Made by a program: the position numbers and the translations under genes. DNA of 64,000 nucleotides from an uncultured Chloroflexia bacterium (GTDB lineage Bacteria > Chloroflexota > Chloroflexia > Thermomicrobiales > UBA6265): the NCBI GenBank assembly GCA_963712055.1, contig CAVQGN010000002.1, forward strand, positions 134,784 to 198,783. The letters run 5' to 3'. Under the pieces are notes generated by a model that saw only the letters and a list, made by a program, of their open reading frames with translations, did no database searches and was not told the origin of the DNA. Of this stretch, positions 8,409-18,214 are shown one piece after another. Numbering within the stretch: the stretch's first letter is position 1; every line of letters begins with the position of its first letter.

Positions 8409-10361
8409 GTGGTGATAGGCGCAGGCCACGCTGGCTGCGAAGCCGGCTTGGCGGCGGCACGTGCTGGCGTATCGGTGCTGGTTATCACCCCGAATGCTGA
8501 TCGCACTGGCTATATGCCATGCAATCCGTCCATCGGCGGACCGGGGAAATCGCACATCGTGGCCGAGGTCGACGCGTTGGGTGGAGAAATGGCGCGTGCG
8601 GCGGACACGACCAGTCTCCATATCCGCACGCTCAACACCAGCAAAGGACCGGCAGTCCGCGCAATTCGCTCGCAACAAGACAAGAGCCTCTATGCGATCG
8701 CGATGAAAGCCGCCCTCGAAACGCAACCGGGGCTCACGCTTCTCCAGGACGAAGTCGTCGGTTTGTCGATCACCACGAAACATGGCGAACCGACCGCTGT
8801 CGGCGTCACCTGCCGCCAGCGGGGAACCATTTCGTGCGGATCGGTTGTCGTCACCGCAGGAACATTCCTGCGAGCCGCGCTCATCTCCGGCGAATCACGA
8901 ACTCCGGGCGGTCGGGCCGGTGATCGCCAGGATGATCGCCTTGCTGGCGATCTGAACGCGCTCGGGTTCAAGCTGCGGCGACTCAAAACCGGCACCCCAC
9001 CGCGAATCGATGGTCGCACGATCGATTTTTCATTGCTCGATACACAGGAACCGTCGAATGAGCCGCTCTGGTTGAGCCGGGATGGCCAGCTTGGCGGAAT
9101 CGAGACGATGACGCTCCCCGCTCTTGAAGTTCACGTCCCAGCGTGCGATTCCGACTGGCGAGCACAGCTCGCGTGCTTCAGAACCGAAACCAATCCCGCC
9201 ACGCATGACCAAATCCGGGAGAATCTCGATCGCGCGCCGATGTTCAACGGGTCGATCGATGGCGTTGGACCACGCTATTGCCCATCGGTCGAGGACAAGG
9301 TCGCGCGATTCGCTGATAAGGAGTCTCATCCGGTCTTTCTCGAACCAGAGGGCTGGCAAACAGCGGAGTACTACGTGCAGGGAATGAGCACGAGTCTCCC
9401 CTACGATGTCCAGGACGCCGCGATCGCCTCGATTCGTGGTCTCGCCAATGCCCGCATCACCCGGTATGGCTATGCGGTCGAATACGACGCCATCGATCCG
9501 GCCGAGCTGACCAGCACGTTCGAATCGCGACGAATACGCAATCTCTTTTTGGCCGGCCAGGTCAACGGCACATCCGGCTATGAAGAGGCCGCTGGTCAGG
9601 GGTTGATGGCTGGTCTCAATGCAGCCAACGCGGTCGCTGGCAGACCGCTCGTTGTCCTTCCGCGAGACCTGGCCTATATCGGGGTGATGGTGGATGATCT
9701 GGTCACTCGTCCTTTCGACGAACCGTACCGGATGCTGACCTCGCGAGCGGAATTCAGGCTTACCTTGCGCCCCGAAACCAGCGATGAAAGGCTGGCGGCG
9801 ATCGCGTTTTCCCACGGTTTGATCTCGGCATCTCGCTATGCGGCCGTCCAGTCGGAAACGGAACAACTCGATCGCGCTGAAGCCGCGCTCGATGCACAGT
9901 CGATCTCTTCCAGTCCGCGGTTCGCCGGCATGCTGGATCAAGCCGGAATCGATCCTGTCAATCGATCAGTCACCCTCTTGCAACTCCTCCGACGCCCGGA
10001 CGTGGACGCTCGCCAAATGCAGACACTTTTCGTCGAGTTTGGGATGGCCGAACTGCTCGGTCTCGACGAACGCCTCCTCTCCCGACTTGAAGAGCGGGTG
10101 AAATACGGTGGTTTCGTTGAACGCGAAGCCAAAGCGATAGCCCGCGGCACCTCGAACGAGCGCCGACCGATCGACCGCAACACCCGGTATGACGATATCG
10201 TCGGTTTGAGGAATGAAGCGAGATCAAAACTCGCCTTGCATCGACCCGCCACCCTGGGAGAAGCGAGTCGTCTTTCTGGTGTCACGCCGGCCGACGTCGC
10301 GGTCCTTCTCGTCTATTTGAGCAGGCGGGAACGACCGATCGCTGAACCGACCTCTGCATGA
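8409..10361 (+). CDS. mnmG: tRNA uridine 5-carboxymethylaminomethyl modification enzyme MnmG (GidA)
   Basis: VIGAGHAGCEAGLAAAR...PCNPSIGG.GKSHIV.E.DALGG. The conserved FDVVVIG begins upstream of GTG 8409, so the true start may be a few codons earlier (for example CTG 8385). Confidence 0.93.
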   Translation: MVIGAGHAGCEAGLAAARAGVSVLVITPNADRTGYMPCNPSIGGPGKSHIVAEVDALGGEMARAADTTSLHIRTLNTSKGPAVRAIRSQQDKSLYAIAMKAALETQPGLTLLQDEVVGLSITTKHGEPTAVGVTCRQRGTISCGSVVVTAGTFLRAALISGESRTPGGRAGDRQDDRLAGDLNALGFKLRRLKTGTPPRIDGRTIDFSLLDTQEPSNEPLWLSRDGQLGGIETMTLPALEVHVPACDSDWRAQLACFRTETNPATHDQIRENLDRAPMFNGSIDGVGPRYCPSVEDKVARFADKESHPVFLEPEGWQTAEYYVQGMSTSLPYDVQDAAIASIRGLANARITRYGYAVEYDAIDPAELTSTFESRRIRNLFLAGQVNGTSGYEEAAGQGLMAGLNAANAVAGRPLVVLPRDLAYIGVMVDDLVTRPFDEPYRMLTSRAEFRLTLRPETSDERLAAIAFSHGLISASRYAAVQSETEQLDRAEAALDAQSISSSPRFAGMLDQAGIDPVNRSVTLLQLLRRPDVDARQMQTLFVEFGMAELLGLDERLLSRLEERVKYGGFVEREAKAIARGTSNERRPIDRNTRYDDIVGLRNEARSKLALHRPATLGEASRLSGVTPADVAVLLVYLSRRERPIAEPTSA

Positions 10362-11080
10362 CCGTGCTGATTGTGTCGGATATCCACGGGAATTTCGCCG
10401 CTCTCGAAGCGGTGCTGGCAGATGCTGGCTCCTTCGAGGAGGTTTGGAATCTCGGGGACACCGTCGGTTATGGGGCTGATCCAAATGAATGTGCAGAACT
10501 GATCCGATCTCAGCCGGCTGCGACGCATCTTGCCGGGAATCACGATTTGGCCGCCATCGGTGCCATCTCAACCCAGAATTTCAATCCAGTTGCCAGATTG
10601 GCGAACACGTGGACAAGCCAGATCCTCACTTCTGAAACAAGAACATGGCTTGGCAGTTTACGCAGCGTGTTTTCGACAGGTGACACCCGCCTTGTCCACG
10701 GTAGTCCCCGCGACCCAGTGAATGAGTATGTGCTCGACGGTGACCAGGTGGCCGAGAATTTGGCTTTCGTCGACGAGTCACTCGTCTTCATTGGTCACAG
10801 TCACCTTCCTCTTGTTTCTGGAGAAGCGAATGGCTTTCAAATCGAACGGCCAGATCCCGGCGCGACCTACGATCTGCATCACGGCCGCTGGATGGTCAAC
10901 CCAGGCAGTGTTGGCCAACCGCGAGATCATGATCCCCGGGCAGCGTATGCGTTATTGGATCAGGAGAACCGCACCTTGAATTTCGCTCGAGTTGCCTACG
11001 ATATTGCTCGGGCGCAGTCGCGAATCCGGGCGGCCGGTCTACCGGATGTTTTGGCCGCGAGGTTGATGCGCGGACAGTAA
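10358..11080 (+). CDS. Metallophosphoesterase (calcineurin-like, YfcE/MJ0936-type)
   Basis: VSDIHGN...LGD.VGYG...AGNHD...GHSH...NPGSVGQPRD. The start overlaps the mnmG stop (ATGA). Confidence 0.85.
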   Translation: MTVLIVSDIHGNFAALEAVLADAGSFEEVWNLGDTVGYGADPNECAELIRSQPAATHLAGNHDLAAIGAISTQNFNPVARLANTWTSQILTSETRTWLGSLRSVFSTGDTRLVHGSPRDPVNEYVLDGDQVAENLAFVDESLVFIGHSHLPLVSGEANGFQIERPDPGATYDLHHGRWMVNPGSVGQPRDHDPRAAYALLDQENRTLNFARVAYDIARAQSRIRAAGLPDVLAARLMRGQ

Positions 11081-11180
11081 GTGCACTGAGTTTGCGCGTT
11101 CGCTCAAACCGGCACATACTAGCGCGTCGAAGCAGTGATTCGGATTCCTGCATTGAGCGAGGATCAGGCGCTAGCAAACT

Positions 11181-11645
11181 ATGCCCGTTGATTACCGTCG
11201 CATCGTTATCCCCGTTACTGGCGGAGCCGAAGATATCAAGGTTCTGGGCTTGGCCCGGGAGCTCAGCGCGAACAATTCCGTCGCCATTACGCTGGTCTAT
11301 GTGGTTGAGGTTCCCCAGGCTCTCCGTCTCGAGGAAGAACTTCCTGACGAGCTCGATCGAGGTGAAGCAGTGCTGGCCGATGCGGAAGCGCGGGCCAGTG
11401 CCTTGCTCGAACCAGAAAGTGTTCATATCTCGACTGATCTGCTACAGGCTCGTTCAGCCGGCGCCGCGATTGTCGACGAGGCCATCGAGCTCAACGCTGA
11501 CGCCATCATGATGGCCTCTCATGTGCGTTTGCTCCATGGAAAAACCACCACCGGTGAAACCGCGACCTATGTAATGAAAAATGCGCCATGCGATGTCCTG
11601 ATTCTGCGCGTTTCTCCATCCAAGTCAGTCCTGGGAGGACGGTAA
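11181..11645 (+). CDS. Universal stress protein (UspA family)
   Basis: YRRIVIPV.G....VLGLARELS....ITLVYVVEV...ADAIMMASH......G.TATYVMKNAPCDVLILR. Confidence 0.85.
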   Translation: MPVDYRRIVIPVTGGAEDIKVLGLARELSANNSVAITLVYVVEVPQALRLEEELPDELDRGEAVLADAEARASALLEPESVHISTDLLQARSAGAAIVDEAIELNADAIMMASHVRLLHGKTTTGETATYVMKNAPCDVLILRVSPSKSVLGGR

Positions 11646-11649
11646 GAAC

Positions 11650-12060
11650 GTGAAAGTCATCATTATGGGTTGTGGCCGGGTTGGCGCCCGCGTTGCTTCA
11701 GTGCTCGATCATAACGGCCACGATGTCACCGTTATCGACACCGAATCTCGATCGTTTCGTCGATTGCCAGCGGACTTTTCCGGTCAAACGATTGTCGGTA
11801 CCGGCATCGATGCCGACGTGCTCCGGCAAGCCGGCATTGAGGAGGCAGATGCGTTCATCGCTGCTACGAACGGTGATAACCGCAACATCATGGCCGCGCA
11901 GGTTGCACAGAAGGTCTTCGAGGTTCCAGTCGTCGTCTGTAGGATTTACGATCCCGTCCGCGAAGACACCTACCGAAAACTTGGGTTGGCGACCGTTTGT
12001 CCCACCACCCTGATCTCGGCCCACATTCTTGATCATGTCATGTCGGCATCGGAAGGGTAA
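11650..12060 (+). CDS. TrkA-N (RCK N-terminal, NAD-binding) domain protein without a TrkA-C domain
   Basis: GTG start. MKVIIMGCGRVGARVASVLDHNGHDVTVID...ADAFIAATNGDN.N. The length covers only the N-domain. Confidence 0.85.
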   Translation: MKVIIMGCGRVGARVASVLDHNGHDVTVIDTESRSFRRLPADFSGQTIVGTGIDADVLRQAGIEEADAFIAATNGDNRNIMAAQVAQKVFEVPVVVCRIYDPVREDTYRKLGLATVCPTTLISAHILDHVMSASEG

Positions 12061-12062
12061 TC

Positions 12063-12719
12063 ATGTACATCATCGTCGTTGGCGGCGGAAAGGTTGGCTT
12101 CTATCTGACGAAAACGCTCCTATCAGAAGGGCATGAGGTCCTGCTGATCGAAAAGGAAGCCGACAAGAGCGAGCGGTATCTCGAGCATTTCGGCGCGGTC
12201 GTGGTCAATGGCGACGGTGCCGAGGCTGCCACGATGGCCGCCGCCGGTGCAGCACGGGCAGACGTCGTCATCGCCGTCACAGGTGAAGACGAAGACAACC
12301 TCGTCATCTCGCAGATGGCGAAACAGAAATTCAACGTCGACCGTACGATTGCACGGGTGAATAACCCCAAGAACGAGCAGCTCTTCCGCGCTCTTGGTAT
12401 AGACGTAACGGTCAGCCAGACGAACTTCATTCTCAATCTGATTGATCAGTCAATCCCGGATCAACCGTTCGTGCATCTGCTCAACCTGACTCATGAAGAC
12501 ATGGCGATCATCGACGCCAAGATCTCCGAAGGCTGTCCGGCCGCCAATCGTACAATCGAAAGCCTGCCGATCCCGGAGAAATGCAACATCGCGGCGATCA
12601 TCCGGGGTTCAGAACTGATTATCCCGACACCGGAAACGGTGCTGAAACCAGGAGATGATCTGATCGCGGTTGCGCATCGTGACGCGGAAAGCGCCCTGCG
12701 CGACCTTCTCTGCGACTAG
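12063..12719 (+). CDS. trkA: Trk/Ktr K+ uptake regulatory subunit (TrkA-N plus TrkA-C)
   Basis: MYIIVVGGGKVGFYLTKTLLSEGHEVLLIE...VIAVTGEDEDNL, plus a C-terminal RCK_C-like segment (ESLPIPEKCNIAAIIRGSELIIPTPETVLKPGDDLIAV). Confidence 0.9.
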   Translation: MYIIVVGGGKVGFYLTKTLLSEGHEVLLIEKEADKSERYLEHFGAVVVNGDGAEAATMAAAGAARADVVIAVTGEDEDNLVISQMAKQKFNVDRTIARVNNPKNEQLFRALGIDVTVSQTNFILNLIDQSIPDQPFVHLLNLTHEDMAIIDAKISEGCPAANRTIESLPIPEKCNIAAIIRGSELIIPTPETVLKPGDDLIAVAHRDAESALRDLLCD

Positions 12720-12729
12720 GCGCTTCCCG

Positions 12730-14019
12730 CTACGGGAAGATTCCGCGGAGTCTGGTGAATTCCGCAACCCGATCGATCGCTTTGATCAGAGCGGCTGTAC
12801 GCATGTTCACTTCGCGCGAGCGTGAGGTCTGATAAATCTCATGGAAAGACTGCTGCATAATCGTGCGAAGGCGAGCATTCACCTCCTCGAGCGTCCATGG
12901 GAACCATTGCAGTGATTGCACCCACTCGAAATAGGAAACCGTCACGCCTCCAGCGTTGGCGAAGATATCGGGAAGGATAAGCACTCCATTGTCATAGAGA
13001 ATCTCATCAGCGCCAGGTGTTGTCGGACCGTTGGCTGCTTCTGCGATCATCGTCGCTTTGACCCTGGCAGCGTTCTCTCTGGTGATGACCGTTTCGAGAG
13101 CGGCTGGGATGAGGATGTCGCAGTCGATCTCCAGCAATTCCTCGTTCGTGATGTTTTCCGCCTCCGGAAAATCCACCACTGACCCTGTCTGGAGCTTGTG
13201 CGCCACGACCGCAGCAATATCGAGGCCAGTCGGGTTGTAGATGCCACCACGTGAATCGCTGACCGCCACGACCAGTGAGCCATCCTCTTCCATGAGGCGC
13301 GCCGCCACCGAACCGGCGTTCCCGAATCCTTGAACAGCGGTTCGTGAACCTGCCAGATTCATCCCGATCGATTGGGACGCTTCTTCGATGGCATAGACGC
13401 AACCACGACCGGTCGCCTCGACTCTGCCCTGGGAGCCGCCAAGCGCCAACGGTTTACCGGTGACAATGCCTGGCACCGAATGGCCCACCATCATCGAGTA
13501 GGTATCCATGATCCAGGCCATGACTTGAGGATTGGTGTTGACGTCCGGCGCTGGAATGTCTTCATCGGGGCCAATCACCGCGGAAATATCGGTGGTATAG
13601 CGCCGCGTGAGATTCTGAAGTTCGTTTTGGGAGAGGAGTTTCGGATTAACGGTGACTCCACCTTTGGCACCGCCATAGGGCAAGCCCACCACCGCGCACT
13701 TCCATGTCATCCACATAGCCAGCGCTTTGACCTCGGAGAGATTCACCTGCTGATGGAAGCGGATGCCACCCTTTGTCGGTCCTGGGCCAGAATTGTGCTG
13801 GACTCGATGCCCAGTGAAAACGCGTACCGAACCGTCATCCATTTCGACGGGAAAATTGACCGTCAGCTCACGCTGGCAGGTGGCGAGAATCTCACGCATG
13901 CTCGCTTCAAGCTGCATGACGTCGGCGGCGACAAGAAACTGTTGCACAGCAACATCAAAAAGATCAGTATGCTCGATCATTTGAGCAGGAACGATCTCCA
14001 CTTCCGGCGCGATGATCAT
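12730..14019 (-). CDS. gdhA: Glutamate dehydrogenase (Glu/Leu/Phe/Val dehydrogenase family)
   Basis: KGGIRFH..VNLSEVKALAMWMTWKCAVVGLPYGGAKGG and GFGNAGS. Confidence 0.95.
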   Translation of the reverse strand: MIIAPEVEIVPAQMIEHTDLFDVAVQQFLVAADVMQLEASMREILATCQRELTVNFPVEMDDGSVRVFTGHRVQHNSGPGPTKGGIRFHQQVNLSEVKALAMWMTWKCAVVGLPYGGAKGGVTVNPKLLSQNELQNLTRRYTTDISAVIGPDEDIPAPDVNTNPQVMAWIMDTYSMMVGHSVPGIVTGKPLALGGSQGRVEATGRGCVYAIEEASQSIGMNLAGSRTAVQGFGNAGSVAARLMEEDGSLVVAVSDSRGGIYNPTGLDIAAVVAHKLQTGSVVDFPEAENITNEELLEIDCDILIPAALETVITRENAARVKATMIAEAANGPTTPGADEILYDNGVLILPDIFANAGGVTVSYFEWVQSLQWFPWTLEEVNARLRTIMQQSFHEIYQTSRSREVNMRTAALIKAIDRVAEFTRLRGIFP

Positions 14020-14084
14020 CTCGACTCCTTCTTGTGTTAGCGGAACGTCGGCGTTCCGTGCGGGTTCATTCCCTGACCGTGACC

Positions 14085-15554
14085 CTACTTCTGATTGAGT
14101 AACTCCTCCAGAATCGCACGGACCTGATCCGGACGAGCCCGTCCCCCCGTTCGCTTGATCGTTTCGCCCAGCAGGCGGCCAATCGCGGCCTGCTTGCCGC
14201 CACGATAGTCCTCGACCGCCGCCGGCAACGCTTCCATCGTCGCTACGGCCGCCGCGCGAATCTCGTCGGCGTCGTCGAGTGAAAGCAGATCAAGCCGGGT
14301 TGCCGCTTCTCGTGTCGTTTCATCCGGCTGAATGCGGGGAAGGAGCTCTTTCGCCCCTCTGCCGGTAATTTCCCCGGCCTCGATCAGATCGAGAAGATCG
14401 ATCAGCTGCTCAGCAGTCACCGGAAACACATCAGCGGCAAGACCGCGATCACGCTGCAACCCAAAGAGGTCATTCAGCACCCAGTTCGAAGCGGCCCGGG
14501 GACGCTGGTCCGACTCGCTGGAAATAGCGACCCGCTCGAAGAAATCTGCCGTTTGTCGCTCTGCTGTCAACGTCATCGCGTCTGCCGCAGAAAGGCCATA
14601 ATCGGTTTCGATCCGAGCTCGGCGGGCGGCTGGTAGCTCGACCAGTCGCTCTCGATAGGAAGCAACCATCTCCGGGGTCATGACGATTGGGGGCAGATCA
14701 GGCTCGGGGAAATAGCGATAGTCGTGCGCATATTCCTTCGAGCGCTGTCCGACCGTGATACCGGAAGCATCCATCCAGCCCCGGGTTTCCTGCTCGATCC
14801 GACCACCCTCGGCGAGGATGGCGCGCTGGCGTTCTTCTTCATACTTGAGCGCGCGCTCGACCGCCCGAAATGAGTTCATGTTCTTGATTTCGACTTTGTC
14901 GCCCACGATCGAACCGTCGGTCGAGCGAGTTGAGATATTGGCGTCGCAGCGAAACGCGCCTTCCTCCATGTTTCCGGTCGATGCACCGATATAGCGCAGC
15001 AATTGCCGCATCGCGATCAGATAGTCCCGAGCTTCCTCCGGGCTGTGCAGATCAGGCTCTCCGACGATTTCCATCAACGGGACCCCCGACCGGTTCAGAT
15101 CGACAAGGCTGACGTCCTGCCCATCACTTGTCACTCGATGCAGTAGACGACCAGTATCTTCCTCGATATGGACCCGGGTGATACCCGCCCTGACGACGCG
15201 TCCCTCACAGACGAAATCGAGATGACCACCGACACAGAGCGGCATATCGTATTGCGAGATCTGGTACCCCTTGGGAAGATCGGGATAGACATAGTTCTTG
15301 CGATCGAGTTTTGAAAAGGCTGAAATCGTCGAATCGAGCGCCAGCCCCGTAAGCACACACGCTTCGATCGCCGCGCGATTCGCGACCGGCATCGCGCCTG
15401 GAGCGCCCATGCAAACCGGGCAAACATGTGTATTCGGTTCGGTGGAGGCGTACTCGGCAGAGCAGCCGCAATACATCTTACTTTGGGTGAGAACTTGTGC
15501 GTGAACTTCGAGTCCAATGACGGTTTCGAACGCGACTGCAGGTGCACTTGCCAA
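14085..15554 (-). CDS. gatB: Asp-tRNA(Asn)/Glu-tRNA(Gln) amidotransferase subunit B
   Basis: FETVIGLEVHAQV...KMYCGCS...NTHVCPVCMG.PGAMPV.N. TTG start at 15554. Confidence 0.95.
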   Translation of the reverse strand: MASAPAVAFETVIGLEVHAQVLTQSKMYCGCSAEYASTEPNTHVCPVCMGAPGAMPVANRAAIEACVLTGLALDSTISAFSKLDRKNYVYPDLPKGYQISQYDMPLCVGGHLDFVCEGRVVRAGITRVHIEEDTGRLLHRVTSDGQDVSLVDLNRSGVPLMEIVGEPDLHSPEEARDYLIAMRQLLRYIGASTGNMEEGAFRCDANISTRSTDGSIVGDKVEIKNMNSFRAVERALKYEEERQRAILAEGGRIEQETRGWMDASGITVGQRSKEYAHDYRYFPEPDLPPIVMTPEMVASYRERLVELPAARRARIETDYGLSAADAMTLTAERQTADFFERVAISSESDQRPRAASNWVLNDLFGLQRDRGLAADVFPVTAEQLIDLLDLIEAGEITGRGAKELLPRIQPDETTREAATRLDLLSLDDADEIRAAAVATMEALPAAVEDYRGGKQAAIGRLLGETIKRTGGRARPDQVRAILEELLNQK

Positions 15555-15668
15555 CGATGCCTGTCCTTACGAGATTCGTCAGCCTACCGACGATGTTCAG
15601 AACCGCCGGATTGTACCATGATCGCTTACTCCATCTGTCTCGCTGACGACGGAAATTCCGTATGTCTA

Positions 15669-15677
15669 TGGTAGACT
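15669..15677 (+). promoter_or_regulatory. Putative extended -10 element TGGTAGACT upstream of nuoG
   Basis: Same TGnTAnnCT pattern as upstream of the thi leader, uvrA, aldH and the T-box leader. It lies in the gatB/nuoG divergent spacer. Confidence 0.3.
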
Positions 15678-15813
15678 CGCGGCGGGTAGAATTGCCGGAA
15701 ACGACGCGGTGATTCTCGGCTTAAATGGTCCGAAGTCAGGCAATTCAGACCAGTGTGCCAACGCACGGTGCGGTTCATCTGCCACCGCCGAATCTGGAGG
15801 CTGTCACTCGAAC

Positions 15814-18189
15814 ATGGTCACTCGCGCAGAGATAAAAATGGTCACCGGCAAGATCAATGGAACCGATGTCACCGTTCCAGCCGGGACGTCTATCCTTGAA
15901 GCCGCCCGGCTTGCCAACATCGAAGTCCCGAATCTCTGTTATCAACCCAAACTGCGAGCCTGGGGTTCGTGTCGGATCTGCACCGTAGAAGTTCTCGGCA
16001 AACGCGGTGGCTTGATTGAATCGTGCGCTACGCCACTCGGCGAGGGTATGGAGGTCCTCACCCACTCAGAACCAGTTGAGGATGCGCGGCAGTTCGTTCT
16101 GCAAATGTATCTCGTCGATCATGCTCTCGATTGCCCGACTTGTGACAAATCCGGTGAGTGTTATCTCCAGGACAACACCTATCTCAGCAATGTCAACGCG
16201 AATCCCTATCGACGGCCGAAGTTCGCCAAACCCTATGTCCATTTCAGCGATCTGATCGATTTCAAGCACGACCGCTGCATTATGTGCACTCGCTGCACAC
16301 GCGTTTGCGACGAGATGATCGGCGTGACCGCGATCGAAGCGACTCATCGCAGTATCGAAGCCACGATTGCCCCGGCATTTGGTGAAACGCTCGCCGATAC
16401 ACTGTGCACCAATTGTGGTATGTGCATCGCTGTCTGCCCGGTCGGGGCGTTAACCGACCGCCATTTCGCGCACCATCCCTGGGAACTTGACACCACCGAA
16501 ACTATCTGCGGGATGTGCGACGTCGGTTGCACGCTCAACGTCGAAACCAATAAGGGTGTCGTTCGCCGCGTGACCAATCTCTGGGAACGAGGTGTGAATC
16601 AAGGCTATCTCTGCTATCACGGGAAATGGGGACACGAAGCGGTTCAGTCCCCCGATCGGATCCGCTATCCCAAGATCAACACGGAACGTGACTTCGCCTA
16701 CGAGGTCACGTGGGACGACGCGATCCAGACTATCGCCGACACCTTCAGGAACTACCAGGGTAACCAGTTTGCCGCTCTGATCAGCCCAGATGGCACCAAC
16801 GAAGAAGCGTATGTGGCACAGAAATTCGTCCGCATGGCGATGCAATCGAACAGCATCGATCGCAACCTGACGGCGTCGCAATCCGCCGTTGAAGCGGCAA
16901 CGCGTTCGACCATGAATCAGGACGTCTCGTCGACCAACAGCATGCAGGAACTGCAGTCGGATGTACGTTCGGCGCTCGTTGTCGGTCCGAACATCGGCGA
17001 ACACGCTCCGATTGCATCCTACTGGCTCTACCACTCCCGGATTTATCGCGACAGTAAGACCGTGGTCATATCCCAGGACGAGTTTCCATTGTGTTGGCGA
17101 GCCGAGGTCTGGCTGAAACCGCGACCGGGATCCACTGCGGCACTGGTCAATGGCATGGCCAAACTCATCCTGGATCATGGCTGGACAGGTGACGGTGGAA
17201 ACATCGCCGGACTCTCTGATTGGCGGGAGTCAGTCTCCGGCACGACGCTGGGCGATCTCGCCGAATTGACTGGTTGCTCTGCGGACGACATTCACCAAGC
17301 TTGTGTGATCTACGCCACCGGCGGCGCTGGGCTCGATGGCCAGGTCGAAGGTGTCTTCCCACCCTCAGTGATCTATCAGACGGCGGCTCACATCGATGAA
17401 ACCGACGAGAGTCGTGATGACCCGCTCGAAGTGGCAGCGGCCTGTAACCATCTCGCCGCGGTGACCGGCAATGTTGGTCGCGCTGGTGGTGGTGTCCTTG
17501 CTCCTCGCGGACCGGCGAACTACCAGGGCACGACCGACATGGGCGCTGTCCCCTATGGGCTTCCTGGCGGGTCGACTTATCGCGATGCGTCCGAGCGCTC
17601 CGTACTCGAATCCGCCTGGGGTGCGTCTCTTCCCGCTTCGGCTGGTTTTCCAGGTTCCCAGATGGCGACAGCTATTCGCACCGGACAGATCAAGGCGATG
17701 TATATCGAAGGCAACGTTGGCCCGCATTCGGCAACAATCAGCGATGACCTGCTCGATGCCCTGGAGCAACTCGACTTTCTCGTGGTCGCCGAAGCCTTCG
17801 ACACCCCGCTTGCGCAAGCCGCTCACGTTGTGCTCCCGCGAGCGCTATCTCTTGAAACCGATGGAACGCTCACGAATTTCGATCGAACCGTTCAGCGCGT
17901 TCGCGCGACCGTTCCGGCCGCTGGAGAATCTCGTTCTCCAGTCGAATTTCTCCCAGCCATCGCTTCGGCCATGGGTATTCCAATGAAGATCGCCAGTTCG
18001 GCAAGCGTCATGGCGGAAATCTCTCGAGTCATTCCGGACTACTCCGGGGTTAACTACGCTCGACTCGAACGTGAAGGCCTGACTGTTCCGGTCGCCAGTT
18101 TCGCGGATCCGGGAACGGAGATTCTCTCGCCGAACGGTTCCAATGGACGCGGGTTTTCCCTTTCGATGATCAACGCCGCCGCCGACTAA
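15814..18189 (+). CDS. nuoG: NADH-quinone oxidoreductase subunit G (Nqo3-like; 2Fe-2S, 4Fe-4S and a non-catalytic molybdopterin-oxidoreductase fold)
   Basis: INGTDVTVPAGTSILEAAR...NLCY.P.L...GSCRICTVEV...DCPTCDKSGEC.LQD...CI.C.RC.R.C, then ICGMCDVGCTLNV. There is no Cys/Sec at the FDH Mo-ligand position. The start is ATG 15814 (GGAGG 13 nt upstream) or ATG 15838 (MVTGKINGT). Confidence 0.85.
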   Translation: MVTRAEIKMVTGKINGTDVTVPAGTSILEAARLANIEVPNLCYQPKLRAWGSCRICTVEVLGKRGGLIESCATPLGEGMEVLTHSEPVEDARQFVLQMYLVDHALDCPTCDKSGECYLQDNTYLSNVNANPYRRPKFAKPYVHFSDLIDFKHDRCIMCTRCTRVCDEMIGVTAIEATHRSIEATIAPAFGETLADTLCTNCGMCIAVCPVGALTDRHFAHHPWELDTTETICGMCDVGCTLNVETNKGVVRRVTNLWERGVNQGYLCYHGKWGHEAVQSPDRIRYPKINTERDFAYEVTWDDAIQTIADTFRNYQGNQFAALISPDGTNEEAYVAQKFVRMAMQSNSIDRNLTASQSAVEAATRSTMNQDVSSTNSMQELQSDVRSALVVGPNIGEHAPIASYWLYHSRIYRDSKTVVISQDEFPLCWRAEVWLKPRPGSTAALVNGMAKLILDHGWTGDGGNIAGLSDWRESVSGTTLGDLAELTGCSADDIHQACVIYATGGAGLDGQVEGVFPPSVIYQTAAHIDETDESRDDPLEVAAACNHLAAVTGNVGRAGGGVLAPRGPANYQGTTDMGAVPYGLPGGSTYRDASERSVLESAWGASLPASAGFPGSQMATAIRTGQIKAMYIEGNVGPHSATISDDLLDALEQLDFLVVAEAFDTPLAQAAHVVLPRALSLETDGTLTNFDRTVQRVRATVPAAGESRSPVEFLPAIASAMGIPMKIASSASVMAEISRVIPDYSGVNYARLEREGLTVPVASFADPGTEILSPNGSNGRGFSLSMINAAAD

Positions 18190-18214
18190 CGCCACGACGA
18201 AGGAGCAACGATCG

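Noticed and set aside
11081-11180. Possible c-di-AMP (ydaO-type) or other riboswitch upstream of the USP/TrkA genes
   Set aside because: The spacer is only 100 nt and shows none of the conserved ydaO or other riboswitch cores. The only structure is a weak 5-bp hairpin.
15814-18189. Possibility that the NuoG-like protein is a (seleno)cysteine formate dehydrogenase
   Set aside because: There is no in-frame TGA. The region corresponding to the Mo-ligand segment reads IDRNLTASQSAV, without Cys/Sec or the CH motif. It fits the non-catalytic NuoG/Nqo3 type.
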